Below the pieces are notes generated by a model that did no database searches, was not told the DNA's origin, and was given only the letters and a program-made list of their open reading frames with translations. DNA of 64,000 nt from Ylistrum balloti. Its lineage: Eukaryota. Position numbers and translations under genes: made by a program. This document shows positions 38,200-47,992 of the stretch, piece by piece. Location of the stretch: assembly GCF_031769215.1 (NCBI RefSeq), contig NW_026782880.1, positions 1-64,000 on the forward strand, written 5' to 3'. Numbering within the stretch: position 1 is the stretch's first letter; each line of letters starts with the position of its first letter.

Positions 38200-39476
38200 T
38201 TTTTTTTTTTAGCTTAACGTCCTTGTTCCGGTTATAACCGAGCCTAGGACACTAAGGGGGAGGGGGCTGGTAGGGCCGAGGCTTTAGGGTGTGCAATTTC
38301 GCTTTTTAGTAATCACCAAACAGGTCTAATATGGGGAGGACAGATCTGACTAAATCTATACCCTAACGTCTAAAGAAAAAAAAAAAAAAACTGGGGAAAT
38401 TTTGGACTGTCACAGAAACGCCTAGTCCTACTCTAGTCTCACTTTATATTTCCCTAATATAAACCTATGCTCTGTGGCGGCTAGCAGTTAGCCTTCTCTT
38501 TTTCGAAAACCAGCAGAGGTTCTTTAACGTGCACGGCGTGACTCACTGTACACCGGACCCCCGTTTAACGTCCCTTCCGAAGGACAAGAAGTTTTAGAAG
38601 ATAGCGGGAGAGAGTGTATGGGAAAGTCGGAAATTGGAAAATAGGTTTAGCTTGTTAGCTGGTGTAGGTTTGTTATTTGTAGATGGGATTACTAGCCACC
38701 ATTTGACAAGGTTAGTCATGCTGGTCTAGAGTGGATTTTAAAAGTGGGGAACTGTGTTATTAAGTTCAGTTATGAGAGTGGATGTGATGGGGTGATGTAA
38801 AGAATGTGCTGGAATTGGGTTAGCGTAGATTTTTGGGATTAGTGAGAATAAATGTGAATTATTATACAATCGATGTCGTTCGGGAGACTGTAGATTACTG
38901 TGTATAATCGTCTACATGTCTACCCTACTAGAACAGGGATTTGTATATTAAAAGGTGGAAGGAGGTAGAGTGGAAGAGATTTTGTAATGGTTGTTGGCTT
39001 TGGGTTTCGGCCCAGTGTATGTTGTATTTATGTAGGAGATGTTTTTGTGTATGTATGTGGTGTTGTGGGTAAAAAAAAAAAAAAAAAAATGGGGGGGGGG
39101 GGAATGTTAATGTTTTTTTTTTTTTTTTTTACAATGTCCCCTGCTAAGGGATGTGGTGTGTGTTATTGGCATGTATTAAAGGGTATTGTTGGTATGTGTG
39201 AGGTGGTGAAATTATAGTCCTGTGTCCAGTGTTGAATACACCTCCCTGTAAAGTCAATTACAGAGGGCTGTGTATCCTGGTTTCCCTACCTACCATAGGT
39301 TACTGACCACCCATTGGGGACATGTAGATTCGAATACGTCCACTGTTTATCCAGTTATAGTAAGCAGTGGTTGTACGATCTACAAGTAGTACCTATTTGT
39401 GTTTTTATTCTATACTGGACGTGGACTCATAATTGCGTATATTGCGTGTGTGTGTGTGTGTTTTTTGATTTTTTTT

Positions 39477-39507
<31 letters not shown>

Positions 39508-39521
39508 ATTATATCGCTTTC

Positions 39522-42500
39522 CTAGATTTTATCAATATAATCAATATCCGTTAGATAGGAGGTTAATTGGTCGAATACATATTTTCTATGTTGTTTTGGA
39601 GGGTTGAGTACCGTTTTGGAATCGAATTTCATATTGTCTATATGCTCAATTTGGTTTTGGAAAACTGATCTAAAGTTGTCATGGGTGGTGCATTCGAACA
39701 GAATGTGTTCTATGGTTTCCGGTTCACCACAGTTTGGACAATATGGACTGACTTCCTTTTTAATACGGTTGATGTTATGACCGAGTTTGGTGTAGCCTAA
39801 TCGAAGTCTAGTGATAACAGTATCCTCTACTTTATTATAACTATATAACTGAGGTTGGATCTTAACATTGCTCTCGATGGAATAGAGCCAGTTATTAGTT
39901 AATTTCGACCAATTTTCCTGCCTTATCAATTGAGTTTTGTCATTGATTATACTGACGACCTCTGATACACTCAAGTCTATATTTAGATGAACATCACGTG
40001 ACCCTAAGGCTGCTCTAGCGAGTTGATCTGCTATCTCGTTACCTAAAATGTCGACATGAGATGGAATCCATTCGAATTTTAGATCTATTCCTAATTGATC
40101 GATCTCGGTGATCATATAATGAATTGCATTAAGCAGTTTAGGTCTACTGCTATTTCCAGTTGTCAAGGATTGTAAGGAGCTGAGGGAGTCCGAAAGAATG
40201 ACTACTCGTTCAAATTTGGTGTGGTTTTTCTTAATACCTAGTAATGCTATTTGAATAGCCATGAGTTCAGCTGTGTAGACCGAGGCTCTGTCACTTAGTC
40301 GGAGAGATTTTCTGATGTTATATGTATCGTTATATATACCTATCCCTACTCTATCATTGGTTGGATTTTTAGAGCCATCGGTATAAAATTTAACGAAGTT
40401 GTAATATTTCTTATCTATCAACTCTAATGCTAGGTGTTTTGCGCCTATCGGGTCGTGGTGTTTATCTAACGTCTTATGCAGTAATAGCGATACGTTTGGT
40501 GATGTTTTTAACCACGGGACTTGGAAATCTTGTTTGCGGGAGATCTTGACACCTTCTAAACCATATTTCTGTTTTAATCTAAGTATTTCTGAAGGATAGG
40601 GAGCCCTGATGTTGGTAACAGGTATTTCACTATTTTGTATTGCTTTGTTTAGTAAGAACCTATCCCCATGATTTTGGGTTCTAGCCCAGTATTTTAGAGT
40701 AAGGTTTTCTCGCCTAAGTGTTAATGTTGTTTCGCCGGCCTCTGCTAGTAAACTATTGCTGTTGGTGTTTTTGATGGCCCTTAGCGCTACCCTTAAGGCT
40801 GTGTGTTGTATTACATCTAGATGTTTTAATACTGTGTCACTAGCTATATTATATACCTGGCACCCGTAATCTAACCTTGATCTAACTAAGGCCTTATATA
40901 ACATTAATTGAGTTGTTTTATTGGCGCCAAATTTACAACCAGAAATATACCTCATGGTGTTAATTGCCTTTTGGCATGATTCCTTTACATATTGAATATG
41001 TTTACTCCATGTGAGTTTGTGATCGATTATCATGCCTAAATACCTAACTTGTTTTTCAAATTTTAATTTGGTCTGGCCTAGGTATAGTTCTGGTAGTGTT
41101 CTACTTCTAGAGAAATACATTGCTACAGTTTTTTGTTTAGATGGTTTAAAACCCCACTTATTGGCCCACTCATTAATTGCTGTAAGATTTTTTTGGATAT
41201 GTTTGGTTAGATATCTAATGTTTTTTCCTGTACTCCAGATACACCCATCATCTGCAAATTGCGCTAACTTGGTGTTGTTGTTTAGCGTATCTGACAGTGT
41301 GTTGATGTAAATATTAAAGAGTGTTGGAGAAATAACGCTGCCTTGTGCTACACCGTTGTCTAGTTCAAGTTGATCCGAAAGAGTGTTATGGATCCTAACT
41401 TGAATTTTACGGTTTTTAAGGAAACTGTTGACGAATTTGAAGATGTTACCAGTTATGCCGAATTTTTTTAGTGAGACCAGAAGTCCGTCATGCCAAATGA
41501 GATCATAAGCTTTTTCCAGATCTAAGAAGACAGCTAGAGTGTTTTGTTTGAGGTTAAAACCTTTTTTTATCTCTGAAGTGAGTCGTAGTAGTGGGTCTAA
41601 TGTCGATCTACCCTTACGGAATCCGCTCTGTTCCTCGTTTATGATACCTGATCTTTCTAATGAGTGTACTAGCCTATTGTTTACCATAGTTTCCATGACC
41701 TTACACAGGTGTGAGGTTAGAGCTATGGGCCTATATGATGCAGGTTCTTGTGGATTTTTACCTGGTTTTAGTATAGGTATAACAATGGCATTTTTCCAAG
41801 ATTCAGGTATTATACCTGTGTCCCATATGTGGTTGTAAAAAAGGAGTATGATGTCTGTGATGTTGTCCGGACAGTGTTTGAGTATGTTGTATGAAATATT
41901 ATCATCGCCCGGGGACGTGTTTCTCTTGTTCTGTAGTGCTTGTTTGTATTCTGTGATTGTGAATGGGCAGTTGAGATCACCGGTGTTAGGGCCTGGGTCT
42001 TTGATTTCATTATCAATGGTGACTTGATTGTGAACTTTATTTAGTTTGAATTCAGGGGTCAAATTATCATTACTACTAGCCTTTTGATATTGTTTAGCTA
42101 GAGTATCTGCCTTTTCCTTATCGGTAATGTTGTTCTTACCTAGTATAGGGATTTCTGATCTACTTATTCCCTGTATAGCTTTGACCTTTGACCAAACGTT
42201 TTTCAAATTAGTTTTGTTATTTAAAGATGTACAAAACTCTTGCCAATGATTGTTTTTGGCGTTTTGAATGATGTTATTGAAGTTTGTTTTGCATCTTGTG
42301 TACTCTGTTTTTAATAGTTCACTATTTTTATTTGCCCTCCATTTCCTTTCGCTATTCTTTTTGAGTTTTTTGGCTAACCTACACTCATCGTTCCACCATG
42401 GATTGTTTTTCCTCGTTTTGGGTTTGCCTGAGGTTTTAGGGATAGATGTTGACGCTATATCTAAAATAACCCTAGTTAAATTTGCATTAAAGACGTCAAC

Positions 42501-43256
42501 ATCTTGATCGAAAATTTCCTCATGTTGGATTGTTTCTGCTAAAATTTTGAATTGGTCCCAATTGGCCTTATTAAAAACCCATCGTGGTGGGTATTGAATT
42601 GTATTGACATGGGGTTTAAAATCAAACTGTGTCAAAATTGGGTAATGGTCGGAACCTAGAGTGCTATCGAGGGTGTTCCAGTAGCTACATTTACTAGCTA
42701 AGTTTGGAGATGCTAGGGTGATATCTAGATGGGATTCTATACCCCGTGCTACATCTATTCTAGTAGGGTTACCCTCATTTAGTATGGTTAGACCAGTCTC
42801 ATCTGCCCATTTGTGTATTGTTTCTCCCCGGGAATTGTTTTTGTTACTTCCCCACAATGTATGATGTCCATTAAAATCCCCGGTTACAATGATGTTATCT
42901 GTGTCGATATTTTCTATCAGATTCACCAGGGAATTAAATGGAATTGGTTTTTTGGGGGAGAGGTATATATTGAGTATGACTGTTTTGTTTGTTTTGTTGT
43001 GTAGTTCTATTCCTAGAGCCACAATATCTTGGTCTTTGATTTCATACTCTTTGTATGCAATTCCGCATTTTATATATATTGCCAAACCTTGGTCCGAATC
43101 GTACCTAAATGGTGGATTGTAACCATTAATTTTGAAACTTTTGTGTTTAGGTTTAAGCATTGTTTCCTGAATACATAAAATATCGGGAGCATTTTCGTTC
43201 AGAAATGATTTTAATTCTGAAATTTTCGGCTTAAGGCCTCCTGCATTCCAATGCAT
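39522..43256 (-). CDS. LINE ORF2: AP endonuclease, reverse transcriptase, RNase H, CCHC finger (1244 aa)
   Basis: HWNAGG, CIQET, GDFNGHH.LWG, SDHYPI (APE); YRPIALTS, QSGFRKGRST, FLDLEKAYD, GVAQGSVISPTLF, FADD (RT); FYTDGSK, AELMAI, SDSLS, WIPSHVDILGNEIAD (RNase H); CPNC..ETIEHILFEC. Uninterrupted. Confidence 0.97.
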   Translation of the reverse strand: MHWNAGGLKPKISELKSFLNENAPDILCIQETMLKPKHKSFKINGYNPPFRYDSDQGLAIYIKCGIAYKEYEIKDQDIVALGIELHNKTNKTVILNIYLSPKKPIPFNSLVNLIENIDTDNIIVTGDFNGHHTLWGSNKNNSRGETIHKWADETGLTILNEGNPTRIDVARGIESHLDITLASPNLASKCSYWNTLDSTLGSDHYPILTQFDFKPHVNTIQYPPRWVFNKANWDQFKILAETIQHEEIFDQDVDVFNANLTRVILDIASTSIPKTSGKPKTRKNNPWWNDECRLAKKLKKNSERKWRANKNSELLKTEYTRCKTNFNNIIQNAKNNHWQEFCTSLNNKTNLKNVWSKVKAIQGISRSEIPILGKNNITDKEKADTLAKQYQKASSNDNLTPEFKLNKVHNQVTIDNEIKDPGPNTGDLNCPFTITEYKQALQNKRNTSPGDDNISYNILKHCPDNITDIILLFYNHIWDTGIIPESWKNAIVIPILKPGKNPQEPASYRPIALTSHLCKVMETMVNNRLVHSLERSGIINEEQSGFRKGRSTLDPLLRLTSEIKKGFNLKQNTLAVFLDLEKAYDLIWHDGLLVSLKKFGITGNIFKFVNSFLKNRKIQVRIHNTLSDQLELDNGVAQGSVISPTLFNIYINTLSDTLNNNTKLAQFADDGCIWSTGKNIRYLTKHIQKNLTAINEWANKWGFKPSKQKTVAMYFSRSRTLPELYLGQTKLKFEKQVRYLGMIIDHKLTWSKHIQYVKESCQKAINTMRYISGCKFGANKTTQLMLYKALVRSRLDYGCQVYNIASDTVLKHLDVIQHTALRVALRAIKNTNSNSLLAEAGETTLTLRRENLTLKYWARTQNHGDRFLLNKAIQNSEIPVTNIRAPYPSEILRLKQKYGLEGVKISRKQDFQVPWLKTSPNVSLLLHKTLDKHHDPIGAKHLALELIDKKYYNFVKFYTDGSKNPTNDRVGIGIYNDTYNIRKSLRLSDRASVYTAELMAIQIALLGIKKNHTKFERVVILSDSLSSLQSLTTGNSSRPKLLNAIHYMITEIDQLGIDLKFEWIPSHVDILGNEIADQLARAALGSRDVHLNIDLSVSEVVSIINDKTQLIRQENWSKLTNNWLYSIESNVKIQPQLYSYNKVEDTVITRLRLGYTKLGHNINRIKKEVSPYCPNCGEPETIEHILFECTTHDNFRSVFQNQIEHIDNMKFDSKTVLNPPKQHRKYVFDQLTSYLTDIDYIDKI

Positions 43257-43336
43257 GACAGTAAGGCCTGACTGGTCATTTAATATACCCGCGAAAGAAA
43301 ATGGGTATTTATATTAAATTTATGTTGCTTGTGGCT

Positions 43337-44563
43337 CTAGTAAAGCTGTCGTTTGCTATTTCCAGGTCTCGGCTGATTGGCGGTGTGTTTTGCCCGTGAT
43401 CTGGTGTTAGGGCGTGTCGGTGTTGTTTGTTTGTTTTTTGGTGTTGTTTTATTGTTTGTTTGTGTCCTACGTCTACCCAATCCAGTAGGAGAGCGAGGTG
43501 TGGGAGGTTTGGACAGAAACGAGTCGTCTAACTCTCCAGAACTATCCAGAAGGTGTATTGTTTGTTGTGTAGGAGTGTTTTTGGTTTGTGTGGTTGTTAT
43601 TAAGGTTTGGGGTGTTGTTTGTGTTAGGAAAAGTGTAGGTGATGTTGTTGGTGTGGACTGTGTTGGTTTTGGCTGTGTTGGTGAGGTTTGTGTGGGTGTT
43701 GTTTGTGTCAGTTTATTTATGGGTGTGACTTGAGGTGCCGGGAACCCGTTTTGTTTGTTTATTAGGGCCCTGACTTTTTGTAGTGCTTGTCTGTCTGTGA
43801 GTGTTTGATCACGTGCTAACAGGACAATATTGCCGAGTAGCTCTGTGGTGACTAATACTCCGTGTTGTGTAGGTGTTATTTGTGAGTTAATGGTTGTAGT
43901 AGTGTTGGTGTGTTTGTTTGTGTTATTTTGCGGAGTGTTGTTTTGTACGACTGCCGAGTACAGTCGATTTGTTGTAGTTTTGTTGTAGGTGATTTGGGTT
44001 GTTGAGCACTGGGAATATTTTGGTTTTGTATGCTTTGTAGTAGGTTTTTGTTGTTTGCGTGGTACGTTGAATTTTGTTACTGGATATGTGATTTTGTTAA
44101 ATTTGATTTCTTTAGGTAGAGTGTTTGAGTGAAATTCCAGTAGGATGGATGTAGTAGGTTGTTTGTCTTTGTTGTGCATCCTACTGGCTGTCTTGACATT
44201 GTTTATTTTGTTTAATGATGTTAATGACGTGTTGAGGGGGATCCGATAGATGACCCCCTTTGTTGTTGTGCGAGTCATTTTTTGTTTGCGTCTAGGTGGG
44301 GAGTTTGTATATGGCCGTTTAGATAGCCGTGTTGTACATGGTGTACCATCTATACATGCGATTTTCATCGCCTTTGTTATGCACATCGCTGTGGCGCAGA
44401 GAACTAATATGATACCTGATGGTAGCATCTTGACGTCCCTGACGTCACTGGTTACCCCTGTGTATTGGGATATGTCCCCGCGAACACGTCCCGCATGTAG
44501 TGGTTTTTTATCCCTAGGGGTCAGTATAACTACGGCGGGTTTGTTTGTGGTTGGGCCAGCCAT
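43337..44563 (-). CDS. LINE ORF1 nucleic-acid-binding protein (408 aa)
   Basis: Lies directly upstream of ORF2. KGVIYRIP..SILLEF...LPKEIKF...YPV resembles the I-group ORF1 RRM-like region. T/P/Q/N-rich basic tail. Confidence 0.85.
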   Translation of the reverse strand: MAGPTTNKPAVVILTPRDKKPLHAGRVRGDISQYTGVTSDVRDVKMLPSGIILVLCATAMCITKAMKIACIDGTPCTTRLSKRPYTNSPPRRKQKMTRTTTKGVIYRIPLNTSLTSLNKINNVKTASRMHNKDKQPTTSILLEFHSNTLPKEIKFNKITYPVTKFNVPRKQQKPTTKHTKPKYSQCSTTQITYNKTTTNRLYSAVVQNNTPQNNTNKHTNTTTTINSQITPTQHGVLVTTELLGNIVLLARDQTLTDRQALQKVRALINKQNGFPAPQVTPINKLTQTTPTQTSPTQPKPTQSTPTTSPTLFLTQTTPQTLITTTQTKNTPTQQTIHLLDSSGELDDSFLSKPPTPRSPTGLGRRRTQTNNKTTPKNKQTTPTRPNTRSRAKHTANQPRPGNSKRQLY

Positions 44564-45421
44564 GTTGTGTTTGTAGTTAGTTGACAGAGGGAAAAGGGTG
44601 AGAGGAATTCCTGTGGGGAGATCCTAATTAGTCTAGAATAAAAGGTCTGGTGTGTTACCTGGAGACGGAGCGACAGAGACCTTGATTGAGAAAAGAACGC
44701 GGTCAAGCGTGAAAGTGAGTGGTCTGGATAGCAGAGGTTGTGTAGTCAGGTGTGAAAGTGTGATATCTGGCCACGGAAAGACAATGGACAGGAACCAGAT
44801 ACAGTTTTTCTTTTGTTTTTGGGGTTGGGATGGCACTTTATAAGGCCGTCTTAAAAATGGTCCGAAATGAATAGCCCGATAAGAAAATAGATAAAATAAA
44901 GGTTATATGTATCAGAGATATATAAAATATGAAATATTTTCTACAGAATTATAACTCTACCTAATACTGTTTGGACCTTCCTATTGTATTTGATATATAG
45001 CTGAATCTAGTTATAACTATAGTATCACTATAAAACTCCTTAAACAAGGTATCTAAATAACAAATTATACAGACCAGGATACTATTTATTATCAGTTCCC
45101 GACGCTAAAATACGAGATAGCGACTAAATGATTAATAAGAAATTTTGAAAAGTACTTATCCTTCTGATGGATTTCTCGGGAACTCTGTTGTCTAATTAAT
45201 CCTCTGTCTGCCGATAGAATTAACACATCAAAAAAAGTAATATATATATAAAGAAAAAAAAAAAGTCCACAGGAATTACACAATATATTCCAGAAGAATA
45301 TATGGAATATATATATATAGAAAAGACTGTTGGTGAATGATGTAACCTAACACTATATCGTTGATGACAGGTAACAAAGGTACTCTAAGCCTGTAGGTAG
45401 GTGTCGACAGCTCTAGAGGGG

Positions 45422-45610
45422 TCAGTGTTATGAGTATGTGATGGGGTGATGTAAAGAATGTGCTGGAATTGGGTTAGCGTAGATTTTTGGGATTAGTGAG
45501 AATAAATGTGAATTATTATACAATAGATGTCGTATCGTACATGCCCCGCCCAGGGATTTGTATATTAGAAGGTGGAAGGTAGGGTGGAAGAGATTTTCGT
45601 AATGGTTGTT
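45422..45610 (-). repeat. Copy of an internal 3' UTR segment at the LINE 5' end (non-terminal direct repeat)
   Basis: Matches 38766-38995 and 63662-63888, apart from a rearranged middle that contains atgccccgccc. Confidence 0.9.
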
Positions 45611-47434
45611 CAGCCGCACCGTTTCGCGGTTATAACCTCGCCGAGGACACCTAACGGCGCGTTAGCCTGTCTGTGTGGAAAACAAGTAATTTGTGTTTCC
45701 TTGGTGTGAATAAACGTTGTTTATAGCTCTAAATTATTGGAGAAAATTAGTGATATATACACCTATTTGCTAACGGATAGATAGGCAAACGAATGGTGTT
45801 TTCAAAATTTAAATCGGTTTCGTAATGAGTGAGCTACATGACATTTTCCTATAATTTTGTCAGTGCGGTTTCACTATTAGTTGAATAGAATTGTTCTAAA
45901 TTCGTAATATATGCGTTATTTTCATAAACACACTATTTACTTAGTTTCTTAATATATACATGTTCATTGTATATATGGTAATAAATGGTATTTGTGAATA
46001 ATTTAGATTTAGAATGGGTAAATATCATAGACATGGAAGCACATTTATCGAATTCCTGCTATACTTAATCTCAATCCATAGTCTCCACCATTTTCGATTC
46101 GATTATCGCATTTAATTGCTAACAAATATCACATTCTAAGTATGGAATATGTTTTTTGGGGGTTTTTTTCCCTCCCAATTCATACGTCATCGTATCCACA
46201 TGTGTGTTGTGCTGTATTGTATGTGTGATCATATATATACGTGTACACATGTGTACTTGACTCGACTCTACGCAAACATGTATTAATTCTGTGTTGTCTA
46301 GATATCGAACTCGAAAATAAAGAAATGGTGTGTATGTATGGGGGTGTGTTTGTGGGTGTGGGTGTGCGCGCGCTAGTAACAGTCACAGGTGAGAGGGGAA
46401 AAAAGGAAAAAAAAAAAAACACATGCACACACTCACACACAAAACAAAACAAAACCACACAAATAGGAGAATCGGATTTCATATTTTTAAAAAATAAAAC
46501 TGCCGTGGTTGGAGCCCCCGGACTCAGCCTTTCGCAATAAATGTGTTTGGCTCACACATCCATTTTATACATTCTGGGTTAAATTTATACTTTAGAAATT
46601 TGAGTCAGAACAACTTTATATTCAGGATAATTCTCTATCGTATAGACGACGACGATACTTACCTTTGATCGTGCACTATACACATACGTACACAGGTATA
46701 CACGACAACGTACCCACGTGCACGGACAGTGAAAACGACTCCTGCAACTGGGTAAACTGAAATATGTGGAAATTGGAATAATACCACCTGTTTCAACTAT
46801 TTTGAAAAAAAAATGTATAGCGGAAATTGTCTCGATTTCAGAGTATGATTTTGAAGTGTTTTCACTAGTTTCCACATAAACATTACTATTATTTCATATA
46901 TGAAATGATTGTTGGTTGAAAGTGGCAATTTTTAGCGTTAGTCGGTACACTACATTTGTGTATTTGAATTCAGATTGTACATGCGTAGTATTAAGAAATA
47001 AACCGATACCGTGTCAGCTTATAGGTGTATTAACTGTTGGTTTAACGTGTATATTATTGAAATTCATTCACCTAATCATAAATGGGCGGGGCCGGGCGTG
47101 AGTGTGTACTTGTCGGGTGGGAGACGGGGGACGGGGCGGCGACTTAGAAGTTGTAGCAGGTATCAATTGTTTATAACAAAAAAGTGTGTGATGTGAAGTA
47201 GTCCTGTGGGGTTGGGTGGGAAGGTGGATTTTCCTTTACTTTCGGGTAGGTGGGTGTATTTGGAGGGTGGGGGTGGGGAAGGGTGTTGTTGGTTTGTTCG
47301 TTGGTCAATTATAAGAAGTTAGGATTAGTGCGTTTTGCGTATTTTTCGAGGCGTAAGTGGATGATTTTCGTGACTTGTGGGTAGTCCTAAAAAGGACTGT
47401 TTACGTGTCGTTCGGACGGTGTAAGATATACATC

Positions 47435-47992
47435 TTATTTTTTTGCAGCCTTGGCTTTCTTAGGCTTGTCTGTCTTAGCTTTCTTCGGAGACTTGATAGC
47501 CTTTTTCTTAGGGGTCTTGGGCTTGGTAGTTTTCTTGGATGGTTTCTTCTCCGTGGTTTTCTTGGTAGCTGCTTTCTTGGGTGTCTTTGCCTTTGGTTTC
47601 TTAGCCGTCGCCGACGTGTCGCTTTCTTCGCCGCCGGTTTCTTAGGTTTTGCTGCTTTCGGCTTAACCACTTTCTTAGCGGCTGGTTTTTTGGCGGGTTT
47701 AGGTTTCTCTCCGAGCTTGAATGATCCAGCAGCTCCGGTTCCTTTCGACTGTTTCAGGGCTCCTTTCTTCACGCCGTTCCGGAGGGCGATCTTCAGGTGT
47801 GCGTTGATAGCCTTAGCGTGTGTGTCCCACTTTGAAGTTAGCCATGATGTATTTCAGTATTGCCTGACGGGACGAGCCTCCACGTTCCTTCAGACTTCCC
47901 ACTGCAGTGGCCACCATGTCGCTGTACTTTGGATGAGCTGCCGGGGTCTTTGGCTTCTTCACTGCTTTCTTCACTGGAGTCTTCTCTGCCAT
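47435..47992 (-). pseudogene. H1: Histone H1 pseudogene
   Basis: tcggat is replaced by tgtgtgt at 47819-47825 (+1), giving GGA CAC ACA CGC TAA inside the globular domain. A second, -1 lesion lies near 47617. Confidence 0.88.

Larger units (their letters stand above)
38200..45610 (-). mobile_element. Full-length non-LTR retrotransposon, I group (I/Nimb-like; clade not resolved)
   Basis: Poly(A) tail as T11 at 38200-38210, ~1.3-kb 3' UTR, ORF2, ORF1 and ~1.05-kb 5' region. No TSD: the 3' flank is the KolobokP array and the 5' flank is an H1 promoter. Confidence 0.92.

Noticed and set aside
41032-43733. Plus-strand ORFs within the LINE
   Set aside because: Antisense shadows of ORF1 and ORF2 with no independent features.
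46180-47196. 61-100 aa ORFs in the H1 spacer and 122-138 aa antisense ORFs over H1
   Set aside because: Low-complexity or antisense shadows of the Lys/Ala/Pro-rich H1 codons; no domain signal.
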